A model generated the notes under the pieces. The model did no database searches. It was not told where the DNA came from and saw only the letters and a list, made by a program, of their open reading frames with translations. A stretch of 64,000 nt of DNA from Candidatus Methylomirabilota bacterium (GTDB lineage Bacteria; Methylomirabilota; Methylomirabilia; Rokubacteriales; DASRDR01), in assembly GCA_036558225.1 (NCBI GenBank), contig DATBGA010000085.1, positions 6,526-70,525 of the forward strand, written 5' to 3'. A program made the translations under genes and the position numbers. Positions 63,162 to 64,000 of the stretch are shown in pieces (positions within the stretch are counted from its first letter, which is position 1; each line of letters opens with the position of its first letter).

Positions 63162-64000
63162 TCAGGCGTGCTGGAAAACCGACGTGTCCACCTCGAGCTC
63201 GGCGAGGCGGGCGGCCGTCGGCCGGCCGCTCTCACCGTCCCATCCAGCCATCTCGTAGTACAGGCGCCGGGCCGCCAGGAACTGGTCGGGATCGACCCGC
63301 TCGCCCTTGAGAGCCCCGTTGCCGATCCCCTCGTGCATCCGGGCCGGGAGCACGTCGTCGGCGGGCGTGAAGCCCTCGCGGCAGTTGAACAGCCGCGCGA
63401 GGGTGTTCGACCGCTCGCCCACCTTCATGAGCTCGTAGAGGCTCATGTTCCAGCCGGTCACACTGTTCACGTAGCCGATGAACTGCTCGAGGCCCAGCGC
63501 GTTGAGCGGCGTCCCCACGAAGTCGCACATCCCCACCGAGTTGTAGAAGCTCCAGACCTGCTGCGTGTAGTAGTACGCCCGCACCTTCCGTGGGCCGAAG
63601 TCGAGCATCTTCACCGGCTCGATGAGCCCGAGCCCCCCGAGCGGGTGCCCGTCCGGGTGGAAGCCCTCGTAGAGGGGGTCGTGCGGCGCCTCCATGTGGT
63701 CCGCCCCGGTGGGCGAGAGCGCGTAGGCGAGCGCCAGGCTCTTCTTCCCGCGCGGGTCATGCATCGGGAGCTCCTGCCCTTTGACGTGCATGGCGAACCG
63801 CTCGGCGCCGCGGCCGAGCCGCTCCGCCGCGCGCTTGACGCCCTCGCCCAGGAGCTCGCCGATCCCCTCCCGCCGGCCGATCAGATGCACCATCTGCTCC
63901 ACGGCCTCGGCGCTGCCCCAGACGAGCTCGACGCCGCCCGTGTCGGCCTTCGTGATGATGCCGTGCTCGTAACACTCCATCGCGAAGGCGATGGCGACCC
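63162..64000 (-). CDS. aor: aldehyde:ferredoxin oxidoreductase family protein (3' portion; continues beyond the window)
   Basis: AIAFAMECYEHGIITKADTGG...GADHMEAPHD...the C-terminal AOR domains. The frame is open to base 64000. Confidence 0.85.
   Translation of the reverse strand, partial: VAIAFAMECYEHGIITKADTGGVELVWGSAEAVEQMVHLIGRREGIGELLGEGVKRAAERLGRGAERFAMHVKGQELPMHDPRGKKSLALAYALSPTGADHMEAPHDPLYEGFHPDGHPLGGLGLIEPVKMLDFGPRKVRAYYYTQQVWSFYNSVGMCDFVGTPLNALGLEQFIGYVNSVTGWNMSLYELMKVGERSNTLARLFNCREGFTPADDVLPARMHEGIGNGALKGERVDPDQFLAARRLYYEMAGWDGESGRPTAARLAELEVDTSVFQHA

Noticed and set aside
1-64000. Search by eye for rRNA, tRNA, tmRNA, CRISPR arrays, transposases, integrases, toxin-antitoxin pairs and known defence-system genes.
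   Set aside because: None found. No repeat-spacer arrays, no tRNA-like T-arm (GGTTCGAATCC-type) motifs in intergenic regions, and no DDE or tyrosine recombinase-like ORFs. A covariance-model scan (tRNAscan-SE/Infernal) would be needed to be definitive.

Overview
About 70% GC bacterial chromosomal segment. The taxon cannot be fixed from the sequence alone; gene content suggests an aerobic or facultative soil-type organism. I support roughly 60 protein genes. They are densely packed, with many 1-4 nt start/stop overlaps (ATGA, GTGA, TGATG).

Gene order, left to right:
- 3' part of ettA.
- A minus-strand signalling module: DUF1989 protein, sigma-54 enhancer-binding response regulator, two tandem 47/48-aa secreted-peptide genes behind a sigma-54 promoter, an orphan family-5 solute-binding protein, a HAMP-PAS histidine kinase and a stand-alone receiver.
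- An SDR.
- A caa3-type cytochrome c oxidase operon: subunit II-cytochrome c, fused subunit I+III, subunit IV, CtaG and an internally duplicated 8-TM protein.
- RNase D and a Gfo/Idh/MocA oxidoreductase.
- An ArsR-headed six-gene Hyf/Hyc-like membrane complex whose large subunit has lost the NiFe cysteines (Ehr-type).
- BtpA plus a Cys-rich protein, DUF1499, an MBL hydrolase, a DUF360/holin-like protein, a membrane-fused spermidine-synthase-like protein and a class III aminotransferase.
- A cold-shock gene with a long structured leader.
- A FixH/YtkA-like-CopC fusion.
- A Dpp/Opp-type ABC operon with an embedded half-size binding protein, then a second binding protein and a sugar ABC transporter.
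- A sigma-54-driven IPT/TIG protein.
- A ~13.7 kb CDP-sugar/glycan-modification cluster bracketed by a 29-nt direct repeat derived from the 3' end of paaK.
- paaK, a GT-C type glycosyltransferase with two discoidin domains, and the 3' part of an aldehyde:ferredoxin oxidoreductase.

I saw no rRNA, tRNA, CRISPR array, transposase or integrase.

The candidate I consider most novel is the peptide pair at 4807-5170 with its sigma-54/enhancer architecture and the flanking orphan binding protein and two-component genes. I do not recognise the peptide family.

Most long ORFs in the six-frame track that lie antisense to or out of frame with these genes are high-GC artefacts.
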